Both the position numbers and the translations under genes were made by a program. Under the pieces are notes generated by a model, which was given only the letters and a program-made list of their open reading frames with translations, was not told the DNA's origin and made no database searches. Shown here piece after piece: positions 18,531 through 26,354 of a stretch of 64,000 nucleotides of DNA (the first letter of the stretch is position 1; each line of letters opens with the position of its first letter). Source of the stretch: Bacillota bacterium (lineage in GTDB: Bacteria; Bacillota; Clostridia; Oscillospirales; CAG-382); NCBI GenBank assembly GCA_029550965.1, contig JAKPGJ010000012.1:215-64214 (forward strand), written 5' to 3'.

Positions 18531-19307
18531 ATGGCTTTACTGCATGTGAATTTCTTTTCGGACGTTCTCGGCGTATGCACGAATATGGAGGTCATATTGC
18601 CCCAGAAGTCCTATACGCAAATCGGGATTGAGAGCAGCGAAGGCGGCGAACGCATCCCGGTTTTGTACCTTTTGCACGGCATGAGTGACGACTGCACGAT
18701 ATGGTGCCGCCGTACGTCGATCGAGCGGTATGTCGCGCCGCTCGGCATCGCGGTCGTCATGGCGTCCGCGCAGCTTTCGTATTATTCCGATATGGTTTAC
18801 GGCGGGAAATTCTTTACCTTCTTCGCGGACGAGCTGCCGAAGATTTGCAGAGGGTTTTTCCCGCAAATCAGCGGCAGAAGAGAGGATACCTTTGTCGCGG
18901 GGCTGTCGATGGGCGGCTACGGCGCGTTCAAGCTCGCCATGCGCCGGCCGGAGAATTACGCTTTTGCCGGTTCTTTGTCGGGCGCGTTCGATATCGCGAA
19001 CCGAGTCATCCACGAAAACGTGTGGAACCTCGCTTTCGGCGGCGCGGATAAAATACCGGGCAGCGAAAACGACCTGTTCTATCTTGCGGAACAGCTGAAG
19101 AACAGCGGCAAGGAAACGCCCTGCTTCTATTTCAGCACCGGAAAGGACGACGAACTCACCTTTGACGGGAACGAGAAAATGCACAAACACCTGACCGAAC
19201 TGGGCATAGACCATACCTATGAAGTGTTCGAGGGCGTTCACAACTGGGACTACTGGGATACGCATATCAAAGATATACTGGCGCGTCTGCCGATAAAAAA
19301 TAAATAA
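18531..19307 (+). CDS. Alpha/beta-hydrolase esterase (esterase D / tributyrin esterase-like)
   Basis: Nucleophile elbow GLSMGGYGA, plus YLLHG and a C-terminal HNWDYW motif. ATG 18531 lies downstream of AGGTGA. Confidence 0.8.
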   Translation: MALLHVNFFSDVLGVCTNMEVILPQKSYTQIGIESSEGGERIPVLYLLHGMSDDCTIWCRRTSIERYVAPLGIAVVMASAQLSYYSDMVYGGKFFTFFADELPKICRGFFPQISGRREDTFVAGLSMGGYGAFKLAMRRPENYAFAGSLSGAFDIANRVIHENVWNLAFGGADKIPGSENDLFYLAEQLKNSGKETPCFYFSTGKDDELTFDGNEKMHKHLTELGIDHTYEVFEGVHNWDYWDTHIKDILARLPIKNK

Positions 19308-19376
19308 AAAAATTTTTCCGAACGTTGCACCAAAACGCTTCTTTCAATCGAATTAGTTAGTGAAAGGGGATAGCCG

Positions 19377-19907
19377 ATGGAAGAAAAAAACTACTCGCGA
19401 GTAAACGAGCTTTTCAGGCAGCGGGTGCAGCGGTTCGGTGATACGGTCTTGAGAGTCGCGTTTAACCGCCTGCGCAATTACGCCGATGCCGAGGATGTTG
19501 CGCAGGAGGTTTTTTTAGCCTTGTATCAATGCGGCAAGGACTTCGAAAGCGACGAACATCTCAAGGCGTGGCTGATCAGAACGACCATAAACAAATGCGT
19601 CGATTTAAGAAGGTCTTTCTGGTTCCTCCGCACCGAGCCCCTGAACGAATCTATTACGTACACCCTTGACGAGACGGACAGGTCAGTTTTGTCCGAAATC
19701 CGAAAGCTGTCCCCCGCGTACAGAGATGTGATTTACCTGTATTATTACGAAGGGTACAGCATCGGCGAAATCGCGTCCATCACAGGGGTCAGCGTGAATA
19801 CGGCGTCCTCCCGCTTGAAGCGAGCGCGCAAGAAATTAGGAATGATTTTGGAAGGAGTGGACTTGGAATGCGCGGAGACGACATTAAAAGAGCCTTTGAC
19901 AAAATAA
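19377..19907 (+). CDS. ECF-type RNA polymerase sigma-70 factor
   Basis: Region 2 DAEDVAQEVFLALY..LKAWLIRTTINKCVDLRR and region 4 YYYEGYSIGEIASITGVSVNTASSRLKRARKKL. Confidence 0.9.
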   Translation: MEEKNYSRVNELFRQRVQRFGDTVLRVAFNRLRNYADAEDVAQEVFLALYQCGKDFESDEHLKAWLIRTTINKCVDLRRSFWFLRTEPLNESITYTLDETDRSVLSEIRKLSPAYRDVIYLYYYEGYSIGEIASITGVSVNTASSRLKRARKKLGMILEGVDLECAETTLKEPLTK

Positions 19908-21364
19908 CATTATCAACAGAACAGAAGAATCTGATCACCAACAGCATTTTAGAGAACAGGGAAATCAGGACCGCCAAAAAAGTACGGCATGTTGCCTGGA
20001 AGCAGGCGCTGCAGGTTTGCCTGCTGGTCGTGCTGTGCGCAATGGTGGTTGCTGCATCGATGGTATTAAGACCTGCTCAGGGCGGCAATAACGCGGCGCT
20101 TGCCGGAGAAAGCGAAGCTGTTTCCATGGAAACAGAAGCTGTTTCCGTTGAAACAGAAGCGTCCCGGCCGGAAATACCGGATGAGATCACCTTTGCGTAT
20201 ATCGTCAACAAAATGATGAACAGCAGCAGCTATTACACGACATTTTCGGGCAAAGGGGTAAAGGAAGACGTTTATTCGAAATTATCCGCTACGATAGATG
20301 TTCAATATAACAGCCAAACCTCGGAGTATTATGAGCATTATCACAGCACTCATTACGGCGGCGCCGATGGTACCGGTCCGGTCATCACACAAGATCTCGA
20401 AACATATTGCGACGGCACAAAAACACTATTTTATAACAATGAAAGGAAGAACTTCAAAGTCATTGACTGTCCGATAAATGAAATTGATATTTTTAACAAA
20501 GAGATCGTACTCCTCGGCGTGAATTTTTCGGGATTGTTCCGGCTGAAAGCATATGAAACTTTACCGATAACTGATTTTAGTTATAGTTATATAAAATATG
20601 ATTTAACGATCACGAAGTATTTAGACAGAGATTGCGCGGTTTTAACAAGGTCGTTTCAATGGAAGCTGCCAGATGCGAACACGCTTGAAGAAACGCCGTA
20701 TCAAACCACGACCGAGTATTACTACGTAGATATTCTGACCGGCTTGGTATTGAACTACGAGTGGAGAAACGAAGCCGGGGAAGTAATTGAAAGCTTTAAG
20801 TTTACTGAAGTAAAGATCGACGAAGACCTGAACGTAAAAACCGTTGCGGACGCGGGCGGCAAGTATGACGACTACCGCAAATTTATGGCGGTAAAAGAAA
20901 ACCTGGCGGATCATACGGCAATTGCCACCCAGACGGTAGGCAATCTTCAGATTACAATGGAGTATAAGTATCGCGTTGTGAAGGGAGATGTCGTTACCGT
21001 TAAGACAACGGTGAAGAATATCGGCAGCGAGCCTGTATCGCTGTGGGCGCCCTCGATCATCGACGGCGTTCAGGGATGCGTAAGTTTATCCGCTTACCGC
21101 AATGGTAAAGCCTGCAATTTCGGGCTTGTTGTGGAAGAGGTGGCAAAACCGGATGAAATCTTCTTTGGCGAACTGCAGCCCGGCGAATCCTTCACGAGAG
21201 AGGACGTATTCGACACCAATCAGGCGGAAGAGATGCAGTTAGATGAGAATGACGAAACCAGCACGCTCATCGAAGTAAGAGGAAAAATTTATATTCACAA
21301 CGGAGATGACTTCGCATCCGAAACCGTAATCACAGAGCTTGCATATACGCCGTTTTATAGGTAA
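19868..21364 (+). CDS. Putative anti-sigma factor: short cytoplasmic N-terminus, one TM helix, ~430-aa extracytoplasmic domain of unknown function
   Basis: It immediately follows and overlaps the ECF sigma gene. N-terminus IKRAFDKITLSTEQKNLI is anti-sigma-like, and the TM helix is ALQVCLLVVLCAMVVAASMVL. GAAGGAG RBS at 19851-19857. Confidence 0.6.
   Translation: MRGDDIKRAFDKITLSTEQKNLITNSILENREIRTAKKVRHVAWKQALQVCLLVVLCAMVVAASMVLRPAQGGNNAALAGESEAVSMETEAVSVETEASRPEIPDEITFAYIVNKMMNSSSYYTTFSGKGVKEDVYSKLSATIDVQYNSQTSEYYEHYHSTHYGGADGTGPVITQDLETYCDGTKTLFYNNERKNFKVIDCPINEIDIFNKEIVLLGVNFSGLFRLKAYETLPITDFSYSYIKYDLTITKYLDRDCAVLTRSFQWKLPDANTLEETPYQTTTEYYYVDILTGLVLNYEWRNEAGEVIESFKFTEVKIDEDLNVKTVADAGGKYDDYRKFMAVKENLADHTAIATQTVGNLQITMEYKYRVVKGDVVTVKTTVKNIGSEPVSLWAPSIIDGVQGCVSLSAYRNGKACNFGLVVEEVAKPDEIFFGELQPGESFTREDVFDTNQAEEMQLDENDETSTLIEVRGKIYIHNGDDFASETVITELAYTPFYR
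20114..20155 (+). repeat. Imperfect 21-bp tandem repeat (2 copies plus a partial third) inside the anti-sigma gene
   Basis: GAAGCTGTTTCCATGGAAACA / GAAGCTGTTTCCGTTGAAACA, encoding EAVSMET/EAVSVET. Confidence 0.8.
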
Positions 21365-21460
21365 GACGCCGAGTTTCCCTAAAAATAAATCCTAAAGAAG
21401 CCGCCCGAAGCCGCGGGCTGACGAAATATTTTTGGCCAAGGACTTTCCATAAAATAGATA

Positions 21461-21508
21461 CACCCTGAACTGTGTTCGCGTTGCGATACGTTCAGGGTGT
21501 GTTTTTTT
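21461..21508. terminator. Bidirectional terminator between the convergent anti-sigma and GNAT genes
   Basis: CACCCTGAAC (21461-21470) pairs with GTTCAGGGTG (21490-21499). There is a T-run on the plus strand and an A/T-rich tract on the other side. Confidence 0.7.
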
Positions 21509-21515
21509 GTTAATA

Positions 21516-21992
21516 TTACAATAGCATTTCCAGCGTTCGCTTCTGTTCCTTCATGCCGAGATTTTCGTAGAAGCGCCGCGCGCCGTCGTTGCCCGCCCAG
21601 ACGTTCAGCGTGATGTTGCGGCATCCCTGTTCGCGGGCGTAAGCGCGGGCGCGCTCGAACAGCATTTTGCCGATGCCTTTACCGCGCTGCGATTCGTCCA
21701 CGCACAAATCGTCGATATACAGCGTTTTGCCGTCTTGCATGATGGCGTGATCTTTATACTCGCTCAGCATGCAGAATATGTAGCCGACCGCGACGTCGTC
21801 CTTGTCCGCGGCGACGAAGATGGTAACCTTGGGGTCGCATAATAAGTCTTTCAGGTCGTTTTCGTTGTACTTCTTTGAGTTCGCTTTAAAAAGGTCCGGG
21901 CGCGCGTTGTTGTGAATCGCCGCGACCTGCTCAAGAAGGGTTATCAGGCGCGGAATATCCTTCTCGCTCGCTTTTCTTATCTGGATGCGCAA
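21516..21992 (-). CDS. GNAT-family N-acetyltransferase
   Basis: Motif A QRGKGIGKMLFERARAYA. TTG start preceded by GGAAGGAAG. Confidence 0.85.
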   Translation of the reverse strand: MRIQIRKASEKDIPRLITLLEQVAAIHNNARPDLFKANSKKYNENDLKDLLCDPKVTIFVAADKDDVAVGYIFCMLSEYKDHAIMQDGKTLYIDDLCVDESQRGKGIGKMLFERARAYAREQGCRNITLNVWAGNDGARRFYENLGMKEQKRTLEMLL

Positions 21993-22151
21993 AACACCAC
22001 TTCCTTCCGCAAGTCATTTTAGTCTTGGCAGAAAGATTTGTCAAGGCCGAACAATTTTGTCCGATATGAGTTTTTCTGTCATATTTCACGGCTGATTTCA
22101 ATATAACATTATATAAGGCAGAGAATCGAAATCGGAAAGGAGCGGGTCCGA

Positions 22152-22610
22152 ATGAAGAAGCTGATTGCGGTCGGCAACCGGTTTATGACCGACGACGGAA
22201 TCGCGATCGCCGTAACCGAGCACATGCGGGACACGATGGAGGAACTCGGATATGACGTGACGATATGCGAAACCGATGACAAAAGCTGTTTTTTCTCCCT
22301 CAACGAAGATGATTTTATCGTCATTTTAGACGCGCTTTATACGAACGACACGCCGGGAAGCATCAAGACATACGAGCTTTCGGAAGTGCTGTCGGCGCCT
22401 TCCTGCTGCGGAAGCCAGCACGAGTTGAGCCTGATTGAGCTGATGAAGCTGTATGGCCGCAATTATAAAGGGTACTTAATCGGCATTGAGGTTGCCGACG
22501 TCTGCTACGGCGAGGAAATAAGCCCGGTTTTGTCGCAGAAGTTTGAGAACATATGCTCCGCCGTTGAGGATTTGCTCGCAAAATTCAATTCGCTGATTAA
22601 GGTGGAGTAA
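22152..22610 (+). CDS. [NiFe]-hydrogenase maturation endopeptidase (HyaD/HybD/HoxM family)
   Basis: N-terminus KKLIAVGNRFMTDDGIAIAV, plus ILDAL and GSQHELS, matching the metal-binding Asp/Asp/His pattern of this family. Confidence 0.85.
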   Translation: MKKLIAVGNRFMTDDGIAIAVTEHMRDTMEELGYDVTICETDDKSCFFSLNEDDFIVILDALYTNDTPGSIKTYELSEVLSAPSCCGSQHELSLIELMKLYGRNYKGYLIGIEVADVCYGEEISPVLSQKFENICSAVEDLLAKFNSLIKVE

Positions 22611-22626
22611 TGAAAGGGTTTTTTCC

Positions 22627-22905
22627 ATGCACGATTCATTTTTGGTAATGGATATTTACGACGCAGTGCTGGACCTTTGCCGGCAGTATTCCATCGTAAA
22701 GCTGACCGAACTGGTGGTTTCCGTCCATCAAGACAGCCAAATCACAAAAGAGAGCATTTTGGAGCAGTTTGTGTCCAGAAACAGCAACATCGTCGGCGAC
22801 TGGACGCAGATTGCGGTTGAGAAAAAGGAAACCGAGAAGTTCAAGGTAAAAATCGAGCATATCTTCGGCGACCAGGACCCGGACATCTGGAAAACCGACG
22901 CATAG
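22627..22905 (+). CDS. HypA-like nickel-metallochaperone N-domain protein lacking the CxxC zinc module
   Basis: It starts MHD (compare the MHE nickel-binding motif of HypA) and has the HypA-like pattern KLTELVVSVHQDSQITKESILEQF. It is 92 aa with a single Cys and no CxxC...CxxC. Confidence 0.55.
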   Translation: MHDSFLVMDIYDAVLDLCRQYSIVKLTELVVSVHQDSQITKESILEQFVSRNSNIVGDWTQIAVEKKETEKFKVKIEHIFGDQDPDIWKTDA

Positions 22906-22944
22906 TACGGTCCATTCACTTCAGGAAGAAAGCAGGATGATGGT

Positions 22945-23460
22945 ATGCGGTATTCATTCGGGGATTTTCTTGTGAATATGGTAAAGGAAATCAAATCGGA
23001 CGTCGAACTGCTCGGCTCGAACGCCTGCAAGAGCAAATGGGAAGTGCTCCGGCAGCTGCGGGACAGGGTATCTACGCTTGAAAGCGCGGTCGAGGTCATA
23101 AACCGCGAATACGATTTGCAGGTGCAGGCGGTTCCGAAAGGTGAAAAAAACGCGCCGGAAGCGCAGGAAACGCGCGCGCAAACGACAGGTTCCGCCGAGC
23201 GCGCGCCCGCCGCAAAAGAAGCCGCATCGGAGCCGCTGAAAGTGTTTTCTAAGGAAGAACTCGCGCAGTGCACGGGCAAAGACGGAAAACCGGCGCTGGT
23301 CGCCATCAACGGACTGGTTTACGACGTGTCCGATCATCCCGCGTTCGCCGCCGGAACCCATTTCGGCGTCAGCTGCGGCAAAGACGTCACCGAAACCTTC
23401 GTGCGGATGCACGGGGACGACAGGTTTAAACAGCTCAAGCTTGTCGGCAAACTGGCGTAA
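22945..23460 (+). CDS. Soluble protein with a C-terminal cytochrome b5-like heme/steroid-binding domain
   Basis: FSKEELAQCTGKDGKPALVAINGLVYDVSDHPAFAAGTHFGVSCGKDVTETFVRMHG matches the b5 fold pattern (x-EL-x-gkdg-x-vai-G-x-VYDV-x-HP...GkD-T-F...H). The N-terminal ~100 aa are coiled-coil or low-complexity. No TM helix. Confidence 0.6.
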   Translation: MRYSFGDFLVNMVKEIKSDVELLGSNACKSKWEVLRQLRDRVSTLESAVEVINREYDLQVQAVPKGEKNAPEAQETRAQTTGSAERAPAAKEAASEPLKVFSKEELAQCTGKDGKPALVAINGLVYDVSDHPAFAAGTHFGVSCGKDVTETFVRMHGDDRFKQLKLVGKLA

Positions 23461-23473
23461 AGGAGACTTTTTT

Positions 23474-24352
23474 ATGCAGCAAAACTGCCCGGGATACTCC
23501 GACCGCAGAAAATACATATCGGAACTGGTCAACGCGGCGATCAATCAGGCCGAAACGACCGGCAAAAAGAAAAAACTGGTCTGGCTGGAGCTGAACGGAT
23601 GCTCCGGCAATATTATTTCGCTTCTTGACGGGTTCGAGCCGAATCTGGAATACATGATGACGGCGATGACCGACTTTATCTATTGCAACAGTCTGGTCGC
23701 AAAAGAAGGAAGCGCTGCGATGGAACAGCTTTTCAGCGTGATCGGAAGCGACTTTATACTGGCGGTGGAAGGCGCGGTTTCCAAACGGGAAAACGGTCTT
23801 TACAACATCATCGGGCGCGTGAACGGCACAGCGGTCACGGGGCTGAGCGCCGTCACCCGGCTCGGGGAAGCCGCCGAATATGTCATCGCGGTGGGCGCCT
23901 GCGCGTCGCACGGCGGGGTCTCGGGCGCAAAACCCAATCCGTCTGAATGCGTGGGCGTGCAGAAGGTGTTGAAACGCCGGGTAATCAACTGCCCGGGCTG
24001 TCCCTGCAATCCGGACTGGTTTCTCGGCACGCTGGCGTATATTCTGCTGTACGGCGAGCCGCCTTTGGACAGCAGGAACCGCCCGCAGATGTTTTACAGC
24101 ATTACGATTCACGACCGCTGCCCGCGCAGGTCCTATTTCGATAACAACATTTTCGCGGAAAAGCTGGGCGATCAAACATGCATGTTCAAGCTCGGCTGCC
24201 GCGGGCCGATCACACCGATTGACTGCCCGGTGCGGATGTGGAACAACCACGTCAACTGGCCGGTCAAATGCGATACGCCCTGCATCGGCTGCGCGCAGTT
24301 CGGTTTCCCCGACGCGATGGAGCCGTTTATAACCTACAACACTACGCGCTAA
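23474..24352 (+). CDS. [NiFe]-hydrogenase small subunit
   Basis: LVWLELNGCSGN, GACASHGGV, NCPGCPCNPDW, HDRCPRR, CMFKLGCRGP, DCP and WPVKCDTPCIGC align with proximal, distal and medial Fe-S cluster motifs. ATG 23474 lies after AAGGAG. The track ORF starts at 23441. Confidence 0.9.
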   Translation: MQQNCPGYSDRRKYISELVNAAINQAETTGKKKKLVWLELNGCSGNIISLLDGFEPNLEYMMTAMTDFIYCNSLVAKEGSAAMEQLFSVIGSDFILAVEGAVSKRENGLYNIIGRVNGTAVTGLSAVTRLGEAAEYVIAVGACASHGGVSGAKPNPSECVGVQKVLKRRVINCPGCPCNPDWFLGTLAYILLYGEPPLDSRNRPQMFYSITIHDRCPRRSYFDNNIFAEKLGDQTCMFKLGCRGPITPIDCPVRMWNNHVNWPVKCDTPCIGCAQFGFPDAMEPFITYNTTR

Positions 24353-24364
24353 AGAGGGTTTGCC

Positions 24365-25768
24365 ATGCCGCAGAAAATTACAATCAATCCGGTAACGCGA
24401 ATCAGCGGATTTATGGAAATCAACGCCGATGTGGACAATGGCGCTGTCGTAAACGCAAAAACAAAAGGGCTGATGTTCCGCGGCTTTGAGCAGATGCTGG
24501 TCGGAAGAAACCCTTTTGACGCGGTATATTTTACCGAGCGGATTTGCGGAATCTGCTCGACCGCGCACTCAATGGCTTCGACGCTCGCGCTCGAAAGCGT
24601 GATGGGCATTGAGGTGACCGAACAGGGAAGGTATCTGCGCGACATTATTCACGGAAGCGAGTTTTTGCAGAACCATTTGCGGCACTTTTTCCAGATGACC
24701 ATCCCCGATTATGTGAAAATGCCCCAAAACTTCCCGCTTTTAAATGCGCGGCATAACGATTACAGGCTGCCCAAAGAAATCAACGACCGAATTGTGAAAA
24801 ACTATTTCGATTCGCTGGAGCTGAGCCGCTCGGCGCATCAGATGGTCGCGATTTTCGGCGGCAAAGCGCCGCATAATCACGGTATTTTTATCGGCGGTGC
24901 GACCATGCAGGCGACGTCCGACAAGGTTATCAGCATGCTCTCGATTTTAGATTCCATCCAGACCTTTATCGAGGAGAAAATGCTTCCGGACGTTTACGAC
25001 ATCGCGAAATATTACCCCGAATACTACCAAATCGGCGGTGGTTACGGCAATCTGTTAAGCTACGGCATATTCGACCATTATAAAGAGCTGGGGACTTTGT
25101 ATGTCGATCCGCTGGTCTACACCAACGGCGATATAACTCCGTTCAACCCGGACCGCATCGCCGAGGTCAGCGATTACTCGTGGTGTAAAAATCTTGAGCC
25201 GCAGGATTTGTATCATCAGCCGATCGAGGATACGAAAGATTTAAAGGCATACACCTGGGTCAAAGCGCCGCGCTACGAGAACAAGCCGTTCGAGGTCGGA
25301 CCGCTTGCCCGCCAGTGGCTCAGCGGCGAGTACCGAAACGGCATTTCCGCGATGGACAGAACCATTGCCCGCGTGCTGGAGGCGAAGAAAATCTGCGCTG
25401 TTTTGAAAACGCTTTTAGAGAACCTGCGTCCCGGCATCAACTTCCAGCAGGTTTACGAAGTGTCGGTCGGCGGGAAGGGCAGCGGATTGATTGATACGAC
25501 CAGAGGCGCGCTCGGTCATTGGGTTTCGGTGGAAAACAGGCAGATTTTAACCTATCAGATCATCACGCCGTCCGCATGGAACTTTTGCGCGCGGGACGAT
25601 GAGCATCCCGGCGTCGCCGAGCGGGCGCTTATCGGCACGCCGGTTCAGGATGTAAAAGACCCGGTGGAAATCGGCAGGGTCATCCGCTCTTTTGACCCCT
25701 GCATCTCCTGCGCGACGCATGTTTATACCGCCGGGCAGTATGTAAAGACATTGGAAGTCAATGTATAA
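24365..25768 (+). CDS. [NiFe]-hydrogenase large subunit
   Basis: N-terminal RICGICSTAH and C-terminal DPCISCATH active-site cysteine pairs. A 15-aa extension follows the His and is expected to be cleaved by the protease. Confidence 0.92.
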   Translation: MPQKITINPVTRISGFMEINADVDNGAVVNAKTKGLMFRGFEQMLVGRNPFDAVYFTERICGICSTAHSMASTLALESVMGIEVTEQGRYLRDIIHGSEFLQNHLRHFFQMTIPDYVKMPQNFPLLNARHNDYRLPKEINDRIVKNYFDSLELSRSAHQMVAIFGGKAPHNHGIFIGGATMQATSDKVISMLSILDSIQTFIEEKMLPDVYDIAKYYPEYYQIGGGYGNLLSYGIFDHYKELGTLYVDPLVYTNGDITPFNPDRIAEVSDYSWCKNLEPQDLYHQPIEDTKDLKAYTWVKAPRYENKPFEVGPLARQWLSGEYRNGISAMDRTIARVLEAKKICAVLKTLLENLRPGINFQQVYEVSVGGKGSGLIDTTRGALGHWVSVENRQILTYQIITPSAWNFCARDDEHPGVAERALIGTPVQDVKDPVEIGRVIRSFDPCISCATHVYTAGQYVKTLEVNV

Positions 25769-25790
25769 GCGGGCAAAAAAAGCATAATAA

Positions 25791-25819
25791 AAACCTCCGT
25801 CAAAGGAGGTTTTATTTTT
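25791..25819 (+). terminator. Rho-independent terminator of the hydrogenase operon
   Basis: AAACCTCC (25791-25798) pairs with GGAGGTTT (25805-25812), followed by TATTTTT. Confidence 0.75.
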
Positions 25820-25886
25820 ATATTGATTTTATCTTGAAATATTGTATAATAAATTTAACAGTTGCAGATTAGGGGGCGGCTTTTTT

Positions 25887-26354
25887 ATGCTTTTATCTAT
25901 TATGAACAGATTCCCCGAGAAAGATCGAAAAAGGTTTTTAAAATTTACAGCTCACTTTATGCTCGCGGATTTGATTTTACTGATCCTTGCGCTCATCATG
26001 ATATGGGTTAGCAAAAGTGAAAGCGATATGCTGTATAGAATCGCCGGGAAGATATTCTTTATCGTCAAAATACTCTCCGGCATTATTGCTTTGTACTTTT
26101 TGCTTGTTGGCGCCGTTACGTTTATAGACGAGTTCAACGCAAACGGCAGGAAGTACCTGTTTCGATTTCTATTAAACTTTTTTATATGTTATCCGCTGAT
26201 GATTCTAATCGCTTATCTGCCGAGTAAGGAATGGCATTTGGCAGAAAGCGCAGCGATAAGTTTCCTGCTTATATTATTGCCCGTGATGCGGAGAGGCGCA
26301 AAAATAATTCTTCAGTACGGCCTATCCGCGCAAAACGAGCAGGACGCCGTTTAA
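25887..26354 (+). CDS. Hypothetical membrane protein (about 4 TM helices), AT-rich
   Basis: AGGGGG RBS upstream of ATG 25887. Hydrophobic segments, with no recognisable motif. Confidence 0.5.
   Translation: MLLSIMNRFPEKDRKRFLKFTAHFMLADLILLILALIMIWVSKSESDMLYRIAGKIFFIVKILSGIIALYFLLVGAVTFIDEFNANGRKYLFRFLLNFFICYPLMILIAYLPSKEWHLAESAAISFLLILLPVMRRGAKIILQYGLSAQNEQDAV

Noticed and set aside
23474-23560. Twin-arginine (Tat) signal on the hydrogenase small subunit (SDRRKYISELV)
   Set aside because: An RR pair is present, but it is followed by an amphipathic, polar stretch (ELVNAAINQAETTGKKKK). There is no hydrophobic h-region or AxA site, so I regard it as vestigial at best.
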